DNA of 64,000 nt from Escherichia coli (GTDB taxonomy: Bacteria > Pseudomonadota > Gammaproteobacteria > Enterobacterales > Enterobacteriaceae), in the NCBI RefSeq assembly GCF_009931435.1, contig NZ_CP043414.1; one strand, 5' to 3'. The notes beneath the pieces are model-generated. The model was not told where the DNA came from, did not search any database, and saw only the letters and a list, made by a program, of their open reading frames with translations. Within the stretch, counting starts at the first letter, position 1. Every line of letters starts with the position of its first letter. A program made the translations under genes and the position numbers. Positions 1 through 17,275 of this stretch are shown one piece after another.

Positions 1-245
1 TGCTGAAAGCAGGGAGGCAAAGCGGGGAAAGCGGAGTCGATCGTTACTTTGAGCAACAGGTTTCGCTGGCGGCATTTACCGATGCAACGGCAACCACACT
101 TGATGATATACCCGTTACCTGGGCCAGCACGCCAGCGCGGGAACTTGGTACCACACTTGCGGATCGCATGATGCAAAAAATCACCCATGAAGAGACGCAT
201 TCACGCAATCTTATTATTCCCGCCCGGCTCATTGCGGCGAAATAA
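1..245 (+). CDS. malI: LacI-family maltose-regulon repressor MalI, 3' portion (5' end outside window)
   Basis: Open frame 3..245 ending in TAA at 243-245, C-terminus ...LIIPARLIAAK; lies directly upstream of hdhA as in K-12 gene order. Confidence 0.55.
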   Translation, partial: LKAGRQSGESGVDRYFEQQVSLAAFTDATATTLDDIPVTWASTPARELGTTLADRMMQKITHEETHSRNLIIPARLIAAK

Positions 246-356
246 TCCTCTCTTTATCTGCTATACCTGGTAGTGTCCTTTCCTCAAGGTTAATGATAAA
301 AAATGTGGCACACAGGCGGTGCCTTTTATTTTTACTGAAGTTCACAGGAGGTTTAT

Positions 357-1124
357 GTGTTTAATTCTGACAACCTGAGACTCGACGGAAAATGCGCCAT
401 CATTACAGGTGCGGGTGCAGGTATTGGTAAAGAAATCGCCATTACATTCGCGACAGCTGGCGCATCTGTGGTGGTCAGTGATATTAACGCCGATGCAGCT
501 AATCATGTTGTAGATGAAATTCAACAACTGGGTGGTCAGGCATTTGCCTGCCGCTGCGATATTACTTCCGAACAGGAACTCTCTGCACTGGCAGACTTTG
601 CCGTCAGTAAGCTGGGTAAAGTTGATATCCTGGTTAACAACGCCGGTGGCGGTGGTCCTAAACCGTTTGATATGCCAATGGCAGATTTTCGCCGTGCTTA
701 TGAACTGAATGTATTTTCTTTTTTCCATCTGTCACAACTTGTTGCGCCAGAAATGGAAAAAAATGGCGGTGGCGTTATTCTGACCATTACTTCTATGGCG
801 GCAGAAAATAAAAATATAAACATGACCTCCTATGCATCATCTAAAGCTGCGGCCAGTCATCTGGTCAGAAATATGGCGTTTGACCTGGGTGAAAAAAATA
901 TTCGGGTGAATGGCATTGCGCCGGGGGCAATATTAACCGATGCCCTGAAATCCGTTATTACCCCAGAAATTGAACAGAAAATGTTGCAACACACACCAAT
1001 CAGACGTCTGGGCCAACCGCAAGATATTGCTAACGCGGCGCTGTTCCTTTGCTCGCCTGCAGCCAGCTGGGTAAGCGGACAAATCCTCACGGTCTCCGGT
1101 GGGGGGGTACAGGAGCTCAATTAA
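357..1124 (+). CDS. hdhA: 7-alpha-hydroxysteroid dehydrogenase (SDR family)
   Basis: 255-aa ORF, GTG start preceded by AGGAGG, TGAGAGIG Rossmann motif, recognised HdhA sequence. Confidence 0.9.
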   Translation: MFNSDNLRLDGKCAIITGAGAGIGKEIAITFATAGASVVVSDINADAANHVVDEIQQLGGQAFACRCDITSEQELSALADFAVSKLGKVDILVNNAGGGGPKPFDMPMADFRRAYELNVFSFFHLSQLVAPEMEKNGGGVILTITSMAAENKNINMTSYASSKAAASHLVRNMAFDLGEKNIRVNGIAPGAILTDALKSVITPEIEQKMLQHTPIRRLGQPQDIANAALFLCSPAASWVSGQILTVSGGGVQELN

Positions 1125-1344
1125 TACACTAACGGACCGGTAAACAACCGTCCGTGTTGTTTACCGGGATAAACTCATCAACGTCTCTGCTAAACAACTG
1201 GCAACCAAATCACGGCTATTGGTTAACCAATTTGCGAGTGAAAAGTATACGAATAGAGTGTGCCTTCGCACTATTCAACAGCAATGATAGGCGCTCACCT
1301 GACAACGCGGTAAACTAGTTATTCACGCTAACTATAATGGTTTA

Positions 1345-1935
1345 ATGATGGATAACATGCAGACTGAAGCACAACCGACACGGACCCGGATCCTCAATGC
1401 TGCCAGAGAGATTTTTTCAGAAAATGGATTTCACAGTGCCTCGATGAAAGCCATCTGTAAATCCTGCGCCATTAGTCCCGGGACGCTCTATCACCATTTC
1501 ATCTCCAAAGAAGCCTTGATTCAGGCGATTATCTTACAGGACCAGGAGAGGGCGCTGGCCCGTTTCCGGGAACCGATTGAAGGGATTCATTTCGTTGACT
1601 ATATGGTCGAGTCTATTGTCTCTCTCACCCATGAGGCCTTTGGGCAACGGGCGCTGGTGGTCGAAATTATGGCGGAAGGGATGCGTAACCCACAGGTCGC
1701 CGCCATGCTTAAAAATAAGCATATGACGATCACGGAATTTGTTGCCCAGCGGATGCGTGATGCCCAGCAAAAAGGCGAGATAAGCCCAGACATCAACACG
1801 GCAATGACTTCACGTTTACTGCTGGATCTGACCTACGGTGTACTGGCCGATATCGAAGCGGAAGATCTGGCGCGTGAAGCGTCGTTTGCTCAGGGATTAC
1901 GCGCGATGATTGGCGGTATCTTAACCGCATCCTGA
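1345..1935 (+). CDS. uidR: TetR-family repressor of the uid operon
   Basis: 196-aa ORF with N-terminal TetR HTH, directly upstream of uidA. Confidence 0.9.
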   Translation: MMDNMQTEAQPTRTRILNAAREIFSENGFHSASMKAICKSCAISPGTLYHHFISKEALIQAIILQDQERALARFREPIEGIHFVDYMVESIVSLTHEAFGQRALVVEIMAEGMRNPQVAAMLKNKHMTITEFVAQRMRDAQQKGEISPDINTAMTSRLLLDLTYGVLADIEAEDLAREASFAQGLRAMIGGILTAS

Positions 1936-2272
1936 TTCTCTCTCTTTCCGCGGGCTGGTGACAACTGAGCCCGCGTTTCATATCGTAATTTCTCTGTGCA
2001 AAAATTATCCTTCCCGGGTTCGGAGAATTCCCCCCAAAATATTCGTCGTAGCCATATGTCATGAGAGTTTATCGTTTTTAAGATACCCGAACGAACGTTC
2101 GATTGCTTATTTTATGGCTTCTGTCAACGCTGTTTTAAAGATTAATGCGATCTATATCACGCTGTGGGTATTGCAGTTTTTGGTTTTTTGATCGCGGTGT
2201 CAGTTCTTTTTATTTCCATTTCTCTTCCATGGGTTTCTCACAGATAACTGTGTGCAACACAGAATTGGTTAA

Positions 2273-5505
<3,233 letters not shown>

Positions 5506-5543
5506 TATTCAATAAAAATAATCAGAACATCAAAGGTGCAACT

Positions 5544-6809
5544 ATGAGAAAAATAGTGGCCATGGCCGTTATTTGCCTGACGGCTGCCTCTGGCCTTACC
5601 TCTGCTTACGCGGCGCAACTGGCTGACGATGAAGCGGGACTACGCATCAGACTGAAAAACGAATTGCGCAGGGCGGATAAGCCCAGTGCTGGCGCGGGAA
5701 GAGATATATACGCATGGGTACAGGGAGGATTGCTCGATTTCAATAGTGGTTATTATTCCAATATTATTGGCGTTGAAGGCGGGGCGTATTATGTTTATAA
5801 ATTAGGTGCTCGTGCTGATATGAGTACCCGGTGGTATCTTGATGGTGATAAAAGTTTTGGCTTTGCCCTGGGTGCAGTAAAAATAAAACCCAGTGAAAAT
5901 AGCCTGCTTAAATTAGGTCGCTTCGGGACGGATTATAGTTATGGTAGCTTACCTTATCGTATTCCGTTAATGGCTGGCAGTTCGCAACGTACATTACCGA
6001 CAGTTTCTGAAGGAGCATTAGGTTACTGGGCTTTAACGCCAAATATTGATCTGTGGGGAATGTGGCGGTCACGAGTATTTTTATGGACCGATTCAACAAC
6101 CGGTATTCGTGATGAAGGGGTTTATAACAGCCAGACGGGAAAATACGATAAACATCGCGCACGTTCTTTTTTAGCCGCCAGTTGGCATGATGATACCAGT
6201 CGCTATTCTCTGGGGGCATCGGTACAGAAAGATGTTTCCAATCAGATACAAAGTATTCTCGAGAAAAGCATACCGCTCGACCCGAATTATACGTTGAAAG
6301 GGGAGTTGCTCGGCTTTTACGCGCAACTCGAAGGTTTAAGTCGTAATACCAGCCAGCCCAATGAAACGGCGTTGGTTAGTGGACAATTGACCTGGAATGC
6401 GCCGTGGGGAAGCGTATTTGGCAGTGGTGGTTATTTGCGCCATGCAATGAATGGTGCCGTGGTGGACACCGACATTGGCTATCCCTTTTCATTAAGTCTT
6501 GATCGTAACCGTGAAGGAATGCAGTCCTGGCAATTGGGCGTCAATTATCGTTTAACTCCGCAATTTACGCTGACATTTGCACCGATTGTGACTCGCGGCT
6601 ATGAATCCAGTAAACGAGATGTGCGGATTGAAGGCGCGGTTATCTTAGGTGGTATGAACTATCGGGTCAGCGAAGGGCCGTTACAAGGGATGAATTTCTT
6701 TCTTGCTGCCGATAAAGGGCGGGAAAAGCGCGATGGCAGTACACTGGGCGATCGCCTGAATTACTGGGATGTGAAAATGAGTATTCAGTATGACTTTATG
6801 CTGAAGTAA
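5544..6809 (+). CDS. uidC: outer-membrane glucuronide porin
   Basis: 421-aa ORF with signal peptide, third gene of uid operon. Confidence 0.9.
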   Translation: MRKIVAMAVICLTAASGLTSAYAAQLADDEAGLRIRLKNELRRADKPSAGAGRDIYAWVQGGLLDFNSGYYSNIIGVEGGAYYVYKLGARADMSTRWYLDGDKSFGFALGAVKIKPSENSLLKLGRFGTDYSYGSLPYRIPLMAGSSQRTLPTVSEGALGYWALTPNIDLWGMWRSRVFLWTDSTTGIRDEGVYNSQTGKYDKHRARSFLAASWHDDTSRYSLGASVQKDVSNQIQSILEKSIPLDPNYTLKGELLGFYAQLEGLSRNTSQPNETALVSGQLTWNAPWGSVFGSGGYLRHAMNGAVVDTDIGYPFSLSLDRNREGMQSWQLGVNYRLTPQFTLTFAPIVTRGYESSKRDVRIEGAVILGGMNYRVSEGPLQGMNFFLAADKGREKRDGSTLGDRLNYWDVKMSIQYDFMLK

Positions 6810-6817
6810 GAAAAAAC

Positions 6818-6845
6818 GCCGGAGAGAAAAATCTCCGGCATTTTG
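6818..6845. terminator. bidirectional intrinsic terminator between convergent uidC and ydgA
   Basis: GCCGGAGA/TCTCCGGC stem with T-rich runs on both strands. Confidence 0.6.
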
Positions 6846-6853
6846 GCTGTGAA

Positions 6854-8362
6854 TTACTGCTGCGGAATAGCGGGTACAGCCGGAACGTTTAATGCCGGCA
6901 TCGCAAACATGCCAACAAAATCTTCCAGTGGCATTTTCTGGCCGTTTAACGTGATCTGACCGTTAGCATATTGCAGGCTGGTGGTGATGGTATTGTCCTG
7001 CAAGGTGGTCAGACGGAACATCTGCCCCATTGCTGATGCACCTTCAACTTGCTGTTTCGCCAGTTTTTTCGCTTGATCTTCCTGATAACCTTCCAGCTTC
7101 GCTACCTGAGTCATCAACTCAGTTGCCATATCCACCGGAATGGTCAGTTTCGCATCCAGAGATTTAACCGAGCGGTCTACTTCCTGTGCCAGCGTTTGCG
7201 GCGCTTCTTTTGTCGTTGCCGGATCTTTCAGGAACAGCGACAGATTCAACGCACTTTCACCCTGACTGTTTTTCCAGCTTAACGGCGCGATAGTGATCAC
7301 CGGATCGCCTTTCAACATCAGCGGCAGGGCGCTAAAGAAGGCTTCCGTCACTTTCTCCTGATAAAGTTCGGGATTGTTGGCAATCTCTGGCTGTGCCAGA
7401 AGCGCCTGAGTTTGCGCGTTATATTGCTGACTAAACTGATGCCAGGCTTCGCCATCAATCTGGCCGACTTTTAAAGTCAGCTTGCCGCTGCCCAGATCCT
7501 GATTCTGTACCTTAAGGCTATTTAGCGAGTAATCCAGTTGGCTATTGATCGTTTTACCGTCATTGACCAGATCCGATTTACCGCTGATCTCCATGCCTTC
7601 CAGCAGTGCCAGTTCTTTGCCTTCCACTGAAATGGTCATTTTCTCCAGCGACAGTTTTTGGTTTCCTACGCGCTCACCAAAACTTGCCAGCGTGCTGGAA
7701 CCGTCGGTTTTCAGATTATTAAAGGTCAACTGCACTTTCTGGTTGTATTCGTTAACCGCGTCTATCCGACCACTTTGCGCCTCCCCTGAAAGGGAGATAG
7801 TTTTACCGTCTCTGTCAGCATTTAACTGGAACTCGCCGCCGCTAAAGGCGACTTTTTCATCCTTTTGCTCGTAATTCAGTGGCTTGAGCGAAATATCGGA
7901 ACTGGAATCACCGCTATAACCAATGCGGGAGTTAATCTCAAAAGGCGTTTCACCCTTTGCCATATCAAACAGTGGCTTGCTTACTTCGTTATTGACCAGC
8001 GTGGTTTGAATTGATGCCATAGACGGGATCAGGTTCAGTTTTTTAAGCTGGGCAAAGGGGAAGGGGCCATGATCAACTGATTCGTTGAAGATGACGCTCT
8101 GACCACTTTTAATCCACGGATTTTCTTTTCCGGCAACGGGTTTCACCAACAGCTGCAACTGGCTGCTGAATACGCCGCGATGATAGTTTTGATAACTTAC
8201 TTCCAGGTTGGATTCAGGAGCTGTCAGTTTGAGTTGCGCGTTCGCCTGCGCGACCATGTCTTCGAGATGGGTTTCTATCTTCTTGCCTGTATACCATGCG
8301 CCGCCTGTCCAGACTACGCCTAGCGCAACAATGACGCCTACCGCTACCAGCGATTTATTCAT
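6854..8362 (-). CDS. ydgA: DUF945 family periplasmic protein YdgA
   Basis: 502-aa ORF with N-terminal signal anchor; K-12 synteny. Confidence 0.85.
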   Translation of the reverse strand: MNKSLVAVGVIVALGVVWTGGAWYTGKKIETHLEDMVAQANAQLKLTAPESNLEVSYQNYHRGVFSSQLQLLVKPVAGKENPWIKSGQSVIFNESVDHGPFPFAQLKKLNLIPSMASIQTTLVNNEVSKPLFDMAKGETPFEINSRIGYSGDSSSDISLKPLNYEQKDEKVAFSGGEFQLNADRDGKTISLSGEAQSGRIDAVNEYNQKVQLTFNNLKTDGSSTLASFGERVGNQKLSLEKMTISVEGKELALLEGMEISGKSDLVNDGKTINSQLDYSLNSLKVQNQDLGSGKLTLKVGQIDGEAWHQFSQQYNAQTQALLAQPEIANNPELYQEKVTEAFFSALPLMLKGDPVITIAPLSWKNSQGESALNLSLFLKDPATTKEAPQTLAQEVDRSVKSLDAKLTIPVDMATELMTQVAKLEGYQEDQAKKLAKQQVEGASAMGQMFRLTTLQDNTITTSLQYANGQITLNGQKMPLEDFVGMFAMPALNVPAVPAIPQQ

Positions 8363-8384
8363 AATGATTATCCATAAAATGAAA

Positions 8385-8405
8385 TCAGGCGGACTGGCCG
8401 CCTGA
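8385..8405 (-). terminator. intrinsic terminator downstream of manA
   Basis: TCAGGCGG/CCGCCTGA stem followed by T-rich tract on minus strand. Confidence 0.55.
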
Positions 8406-8462
8406 AGGTGTTATAAGCCTTTAATAAGCTTAGCAAGAGATGTTAATTTTTTCAGTAAGCTC

Positions 8463-9638
8463 TTACAGCTTGTTGTAAACACGCGCTAAACGGCCGTGGC
8501 CTTTGACAGTCACCGGTGATTCGTTGGCGGCAATAAACGCTGATTCACCCGGTTTAAGCTGTAACTGCTGAGAACCTTTACACAGCGTTGCATCGCCTTC
8601 GACGCAGAACAAAATGGCGGCACTCTGCTGGCTGATGGTGGTTTCTTTATCACTAAGGTCATGCAGCGAGAAGGCAAAATCATCCACCGGAATCGGGAAG
8701 TCCAGTTCTGCACCTTGTTTCACTGGCTGGGTCAACAACTGGTTAGCCGGTTTGGCTTCGAACTTCACGTTGGCAACCAGTTCCGGAATATCAATATATT
8801 TAGGCGTCAGACCCGCACGCAGCACGTTATCGGAGTTCGCCATCACTTCCAGCGCCACACCTTGCAGGTAAGCGTGCGGCGTTTCAGCGAACAGGAACAT
8901 CGCTTCGCCAGGATTCAATTTCACCACATTCAGCAACAGCGGGGAGAACAGACCGCTGTCATCCGGGTAAAATTCAGAAATTAAACGAATCGTTTGCCAC
9001 GGTTCACCCTGCTGACTGTCGAGCGCCGATTTTAAAATCGCCAGCGCGCGGGATTTTTCTTCCCCCTGCATATTCAGCAGGCTGGCGAACAGTTCGCTTA
9101 AACGTTCGGCATCAGGCTGTTGTAAAAAGTGAGCAATCGCCGGATGTGCACCTGCGACTGGCTGGAGTAGGGAGACAATCTCGGAAAACTCACGAAACGC
9201 GTTCATCGCAAGGAAAGGCGTCAGCGCAAAAACCAGCTCCGGCTTGTGGTTAGGATCTTTATAGTTACGCTCAGCGGCATCCATCGGAATACCTGCAGCA
9301 TTTTCTTTGGCAAAACCGATTTCAGAATTGCGTTTGTTTGGATGAACCTGAATGGAGAGCGGCTGTGCTGCGCACAATACTTTGAACAGGAAAGGTAGTT
9401 CGCCAAAGCGTTTGGCAACGGCCTCTCCGAGCAGAGTCGATTTATCACTCTCAATCACATCACGCAGTGAAACGATATCTCCGGCGGCATTCTTCACCTG
9501 TGAACTGCTTTTCGGATGTGCGCCCATCCACAGCTCGGCCATCGGCTGGCTGGACGGATTTTCCATACCATAAAGTTCAGTCAACGCCGTTTTGCTGCCC
9601 CAGGCATAGTTTTGCACTGAGTTAATGAGTTTTTGCAT
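8463..9638 (-). CDS. manA: mannose-6-phosphate isomerase
   Basis: ORF 8463..9716; start set at internal Met (MQKLINSVQNYAWGSK...) giving 391 aa. Confidence 0.9.
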   Translation of the reverse strand: MQKLINSVQNYAWGSKTALTELYGMENPSSQPMAELWMGAHPKSSSQVKNAAGDIVSLRDVIESDKSTLLGEAVAKRFGELPFLFKVLCAAQPLSIQVHPNKRNSEIGFAKENAAGIPMDAAERNYKDPNHKPELVFALTPFLAMNAFREFSEIVSLLQPVAGAHPAIAHFLQQPDAERLSELFASLLNMQGEEKSRALAILKSALDSQQGEPWQTIRLISEFYPDDSGLFSPLLLNVVKLNPGEAMFLFAETPHAYLQGVALEVMANSDNVLRAGLTPKYIDIPELVANVKFEAKPANQLLTQPVKQGAELDFPIPVDDFAFSLHDLSDKETTISQQSAAILFCVEGDATLCKGSQQLQLKPGESAFIAANESPVTVKGHGRLARVYNKL

Positions 9639-9836
9639 GATCAATCCCTGTTTAAATGTGGAAATTAATCCCGCTATTAAAGCAAGAATCCTACGGGAAG
9701 TAACCTGGAGCAGCAAAAAGTCGTACTAGTCTCAGTTTTTGTTAAAAAAGTGTGTAGGATATTGTTACTCGCTTTTAACAGGGCAACGGAACACCCGCCC
9801 AGAGCATAACCAAACCAGGCAGTAAGTGAGAGAACA

Positions 9837-11483
9837 ATGTCAAACAAACCCTTTCATTATCAGGCTCCTTTTCCACTCAAAAAAGATGATACTGAGTATT
9901 ACCTGCTAACCAGCGAACACGTTAGCGTATCTGAATTTGAAGGGCAGGAGATTTTGAAAGTCGCACCCGAAGCGTTAACTTTGTTGGCGCGTCAAGCGTT
10001 TCATGATGCGTCATTTATGCTGCGTCCGGCTCACCAACAACAGGTGGCCGACATTCTGCGTGACCCGGAAGCCAGCGAAAATGATAAATATGTGGCGCTG
10101 CAATTCCTGCGTAACTCCGACATCGCGGCAAAAGGCGTTCTGCCAACCTGTCAGGATACCGGCACCGCGATTATTGTTGGTAAAAAAGGGCAGCGTGTAT
10201 GGACCGGTGGCGGTGATGAAGCAGCGCTGGCGCGCGGTGTCTATAACACTTATATCGAGGATAATCTGCGCTACTCGCAAAACGCGCCGCTGGATATGTA
10301 TAAAGAGGTGAATACCGGCACTAACTTACCAGCGCAGATCGATCTTTATGCCGTTGATGGTGACGAGTACAAGTTCCTCTGTATCGCCAAAGGTGGCGGT
10401 TCGGCAAACAAGACGTATCTCTATCAGGAAACCAAAGCGTTACTGACGCCGGGGAAACTGAAAAATTACCTGGTTGAGAAGATGCGCACGCTGGGTACGG
10501 CGGCCTGTCCTCCGTATCATATTGCGTTCGTTATTGGTGGAACTTCTGCAGAAACGAATCTTAAAACGGTGAAACTGGCTTCCGCTAAATACTATGATGA
10601 ACTGCCAACGGAAGGAAATGAGCACGGTCAGGCGTTCCGCGATGTGGAACTTGAAAAAGAATTGCTGATCGAAGCGCAAAATCTTGGTCTGGGTGCGCAG
10701 TTTGGTGGTAAATACTTCGCTCACGACATCCGCGTGATTCGCCTGCCACGTCACGGCGCATCCTGCCCGGTCGGTATGGGCGTCTCCTGTTCTGCTGACC
10801 GTAATATCAAAGCGAAGATCAACCGTCAGGGGATCTGGATCGAAAAACTGGAACATAATCCAGGCAAATATATCCCGGAAGAGCTGCGCAAAGCGGGAGA
10901 AGGCGAAGCGGTGCGCGTTGACCTTAACCGTCCGATGAAAGAGATCCTCGCACAGTTGTCGCAGTATCCCGTTTCTACACGCTTATCGCTGAATGGCACG
11001 ATTATCGTCGGTCGTGATATTGCTCACGCCAAACTGAAAGAGCGGATGGATAACGGTGAAGGGCTGCCGCAGTACATCAAAGATCATCCGATTTACTATG
11101 CGGGTCCGGCCAAAACGCCGGAAGGTTATGCCTCCGGTTCTCTTGGCCCAACGACCGCCGGACGGATGGATTCTTATGTCGATCAACTGCAAGCGCAGGG
11201 CGGCAGTATGATCATGCTGGCGAAAGGCAACCGCAGCCAGCAGGTGACGGATGCCTGTAAAAAACACGGCGGTTTCTACCTCGGTAGTATCGGTGGTCCG
11301 GCAGCAGTATTGGCGCAGGGAAGTATTAAGAGCCTGGAATGTGTTGAATATCCGGAACTGGGAATGGAAGCCATCTGGAAAATTGAAGTAGAAGATTTCC
11401 CGGCGTTTATCCTTGTGGATGATAAAGGAAATGACTTCTTCCAGCAGATACAACTCACACAGTGCACCCGCTGTGTGAAATAA
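9837..11483 (+). CDS. fumA: class I fumarate hydratase (Fe-S, aerobic)
   Basis: 548-aa ORF, recognised class I fumarase. Confidence 0.9.
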   Translation: MSNKPFHYQAPFPLKKDDTEYYLLTSEHVSVSEFEGQEILKVAPEALTLLARQAFHDASFMLRPAHQQQVADILRDPEASENDKYVALQFLRNSDIAAKGVLPTCQDTGTAIIVGKKGQRVWTGGGDEAALARGVYNTYIEDNLRYSQNAPLDMYKEVNTGTNLPAQIDLYAVDGDEYKFLCIAKGGGSANKTYLYQETKALLTPGKLKNYLVEKMRTLGTAACPPYHIAFVIGGTSAETNLKTVKLASAKYYDELPTEGNEHGQAFRDVELEKELLIEAQNLGLGAQFGGKYFAHDIRVIRLPRHGASCPVGMGVSCSADRNIKAKINRQGIWIEKLEHNPGKYIPEELRKAGEGEAVRVDLNRPMKEILAQLSQYPVSTRLSLNGTIIVGRDIAHAKLKERMDNGEGLPQYIKDHPIYYAGPAKTPEGYASGSLGPTTAGRMDSYVDQLQAQGGSMIMLAKGNRSQQVTDACKKHGGFYLGSIGGPAAVLAQGSIKSLECVEYPELGMEAIWKIEVEDFPAFILVDDKGNDFFQQIQLTQCTRCVK

Positions 11484-11488
11484 ACAGA

Positions 11489-11512
11489 GCCGCCCTTCGG
11501 GGCGGTTTTTTT
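11489..11512 (+). terminator. intrinsic terminator after fumA
   Basis: GCCGCCC-TTCG-GGGCGG hairpin followed by T7 run. Confidence 0.75.
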
Positions 11513-11625
11513 ACATGGCACGAAAGACCAAACATTTGTTATCAAATAGTAAATAATGAGTGAGCTAAAAGTTGCTTAACGAAAGCAAAACAGAAAGAAA
11601 AAATTAATCAGGTGAGGAGCAGGCC

Positions 11626-15333
<3,708 letters not shown>

Positions 15334-15336
15334 CGC

Positions 15337-16056
15337 TTATTCCCATGCATGAGGCGCAAAAAGATAGCCTTTGTTACGCACAGTTTTAATGCGATAAGGT
15401 TCTGCGGCGTTATCGAGCAGTTTTTTTCTTAATCGCGAAATAGCCACATCCACGCTACGATCCAGACCATCATAACTGACGCCACGTAAGTTCTTCAGCA
15501 ATGCATCGCGGTCCATGATTTGCCCGGCATGAGTGGCTAATTCCCACAATAATTCGAAATCAGCCGTCGAGAGCGAGATTTCAGCATTAGCCAGAGTGAC
15601 TACGCGGTTGATGGGATCGATAGTCAACGTGCCGAAATGCATGGCTTTGTAGGGAGTCAGCGTCGTTTCCTGAAGACCTTTGCTCAGTGTGGCTTGCTCA
15701 TTCTGACGCAAATGCAAACGTAAACGCGCTAACAAAACAGCAGGGGGCGTCGTTTTGAGAATATAGTCGCAGGCACCCATTTCTAGTGCCAGGATGTGGT
15801 TCATATCGCTATCGAGAGAGGTTAGAAGAACAATCGGTCCGGACCACTTTGCGCGTAAATCACGACAAATGGTCATGCCGTCCTTGCCTGGTAGCATGAT
15901 ATCGAGTAACACCAAATCCGGATTTTCTCGCAGAATAGTTTCTTCGGCCTGGTCGCCGCGCGGCTCTACGGTAACCTGCATATCATGTTTTGCCAGGTAC
16001 GCGGCAATCAGTGAACCGACTTCCGCATCATCTTCCACAAATACGATAGTGTTCAT
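15337..16056 (-). CDS. rstA: OmpR-family response regulator RstA
   Basis: ORF 15337..16116; start set at MNTIVFVEDD giving 239 aa. Confidence 0.9.
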   Translation of the reverse strand: MNTIVFVEDDAEVGSLIAAYLAKHDMQVTVEPRGDQAEETILRENPDLVLLDIMLPGKDGMTICRDLRAKWSGPIVLLTSLDSDMNHILALEMGACDYILKTTPPAVLLARLRLHLRQNEQATLSKGLQETTLTPYKAMHFGTLTIDPINRVVTLANAEISLSTADFELLWELATHAGQIMDRDALLKNLRGVSYDGLDRSVDVAISRLRKKLLDNAAEPYRIKTVRNKGYLFAPHAWE

Positions 16057-16184
16057 ATTATTCACGGTAGATATAAAAACGTCACAATACACCGCGCTGT
16101 TTTTACTTACTATCAATCGTTTCTAAACAAGGTTTCATCAGGTATTCTACTGGTGACTTGTTATGGAAGTGTTAAGGTAAAAAG

Positions 16185-16520
16185 ATGGGGCTGGTAATCA
16201 AAGCCGCGCTCGGTGCGCTGGTAGTGCTGTTGATTGGTGTTTTAGCAAAAACGAAAAATTATTATATCGCCGGGCTGATTCCACTTTTCCCGACCTTTGC
16301 GCTCATCGCGCATTATATTGTTGCCAGCGAACGCGGCATTGAAGCCTTACGCGCAACCATCATTTTTAGCATGTGGTCGATTATTCCCTATTTTGTTTAC
16401 CTGGCGTCGCTGTGGTATTTCACCGGAATGATGCGCTTGCCCGCCGCTTTTGTTGGTTCTGTTGCATGCTGGGGGATAAGCGCATGGGTGTTGATTATAT
16501 GCTGGATTAAGCTGCATTAA
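16185..16520 (+). CDS. ydgC: GlpM-family inner membrane protein
   Basis: 111-aa hydrophobic ORF; K-12 synteny. Confidence 0.8.
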   Translation: MGLVIKAALGALVVLLIGVLAKTKNYYIAGLIPLFPTFALIAHYIVASERGIEALRATIIFSMWSIIPYFVYLASLWYFTGMMRLPAAFVGSVACWGISAWVLIICWIKLH

Positions 16521-17239
16521 CGCAGATGACGACCGCCATCAAGAGGGAAACTGCGTCCGGTGACAAAGCAGCTGGTAAGTAAGTAATCGACCAGGTCGAT
16601 CACTTCTTTCTCGCCAGGCGCGGTTTTCATCAGTGATTTATTCAGCGCCTGTTGTCGATATTCGGCATCATCATGCTCATTAAACAGGATCAGCGATGGC
16701 GCAATAGAATTCACTTTCACTTCCGGTGCCAGCTTGCGGGCAAACGAGCGGGTCATATTATCCAGTGCCGCTTTGCTTGCAGCATAGGCAATATGTTTGT
16801 CGCTACCGCGCTCCACCACATAATCGGTAAAGTGAATGATATCGCTGGCGGCGTGTCCGTGCCCACGCAGTAATCTTTCCAGCGCGTGGTTAAGTAGGTA
16901 TGGGACATTAACGTGGATCTGCATCATGCAGGCCAGTACGTCGGTGAGTGGCATACCTGGTTTTTCTGCCATCCACGCACTGGCATTGTGCAACACCGCA
17001 CGCAGGCCGTGGGTGCTTTTTAGCACTTCATCGGCAAACGCCATCACACCGTCGTTGGTCGAAAAATCAGCCTGAATACACAGCGCACCCGCATTCATCA
17101 GCCCATCAATGGCAGGATAGTGTGTCCGATAGCTGACTATCACCGGTTGCTTTTGATTAATGAAATGCCATGCGAGGGCGAGGCCGATGCGACGGCCGCC
17201 TCCAGTAATTAATATTGGCAAGGGCTGGGTTTTACCCAT
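16517..17239 (-). CDS. folM: dihydromonapterin reductase (SDR)
   Basis: 240-aa ORF with N-terminal GGGRRIG Rossmann motif. Confidence 0.9.
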   Translation of the reverse strand: MGKTQPLPILITGGGRRIGLALAWHFINQKQPVIVSYRTHYPAIDGLMNAGALCIQADFSTNDGVMAFADEVLKSTHGLRAVLHNASAWMAEKPGMPLTDVLACMMQIHVNVPYLLNHALERLLRGHGHAASDIIHFTDYVVERGSDKHIAYAASKAALDNMTRSFARKLAPEVKVNSIAPSLILFNEHDDAEYRQQALNKSLMKTAPGEKEVIDLVDYLLTSCFVTGRSFPLDGGRHLR

Positions 17240-17275
17240 CGTTATCTCCTTTGCTATCCAACGATGGGATGAACG

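Noticed and set aside
342-728. 128-aa minus-strand ORF overlapping hdhA, one of many antisense or overlapping ORFs in the track inside well-supported genes
   Set aside because: Shadow ORFs within recognised genes; no RBS and no recognisable protein features. The same applies to track ORFs such as 2438..3052, 20675..21277, 34501..35319, 47961..48446 and 57703..58068.
8463-9716. N-terminally extended ORF-track versions of manA, tus, rstA, pntA, asr, clcB, dmsD, ynfD, ynfA, rspA, rspB, quuQ, essQ
   Set aside because: Known protein N-termini start at internal Met or GTG codons with better RBS context; the extensions are in-frame read-back to an upstream start codon.
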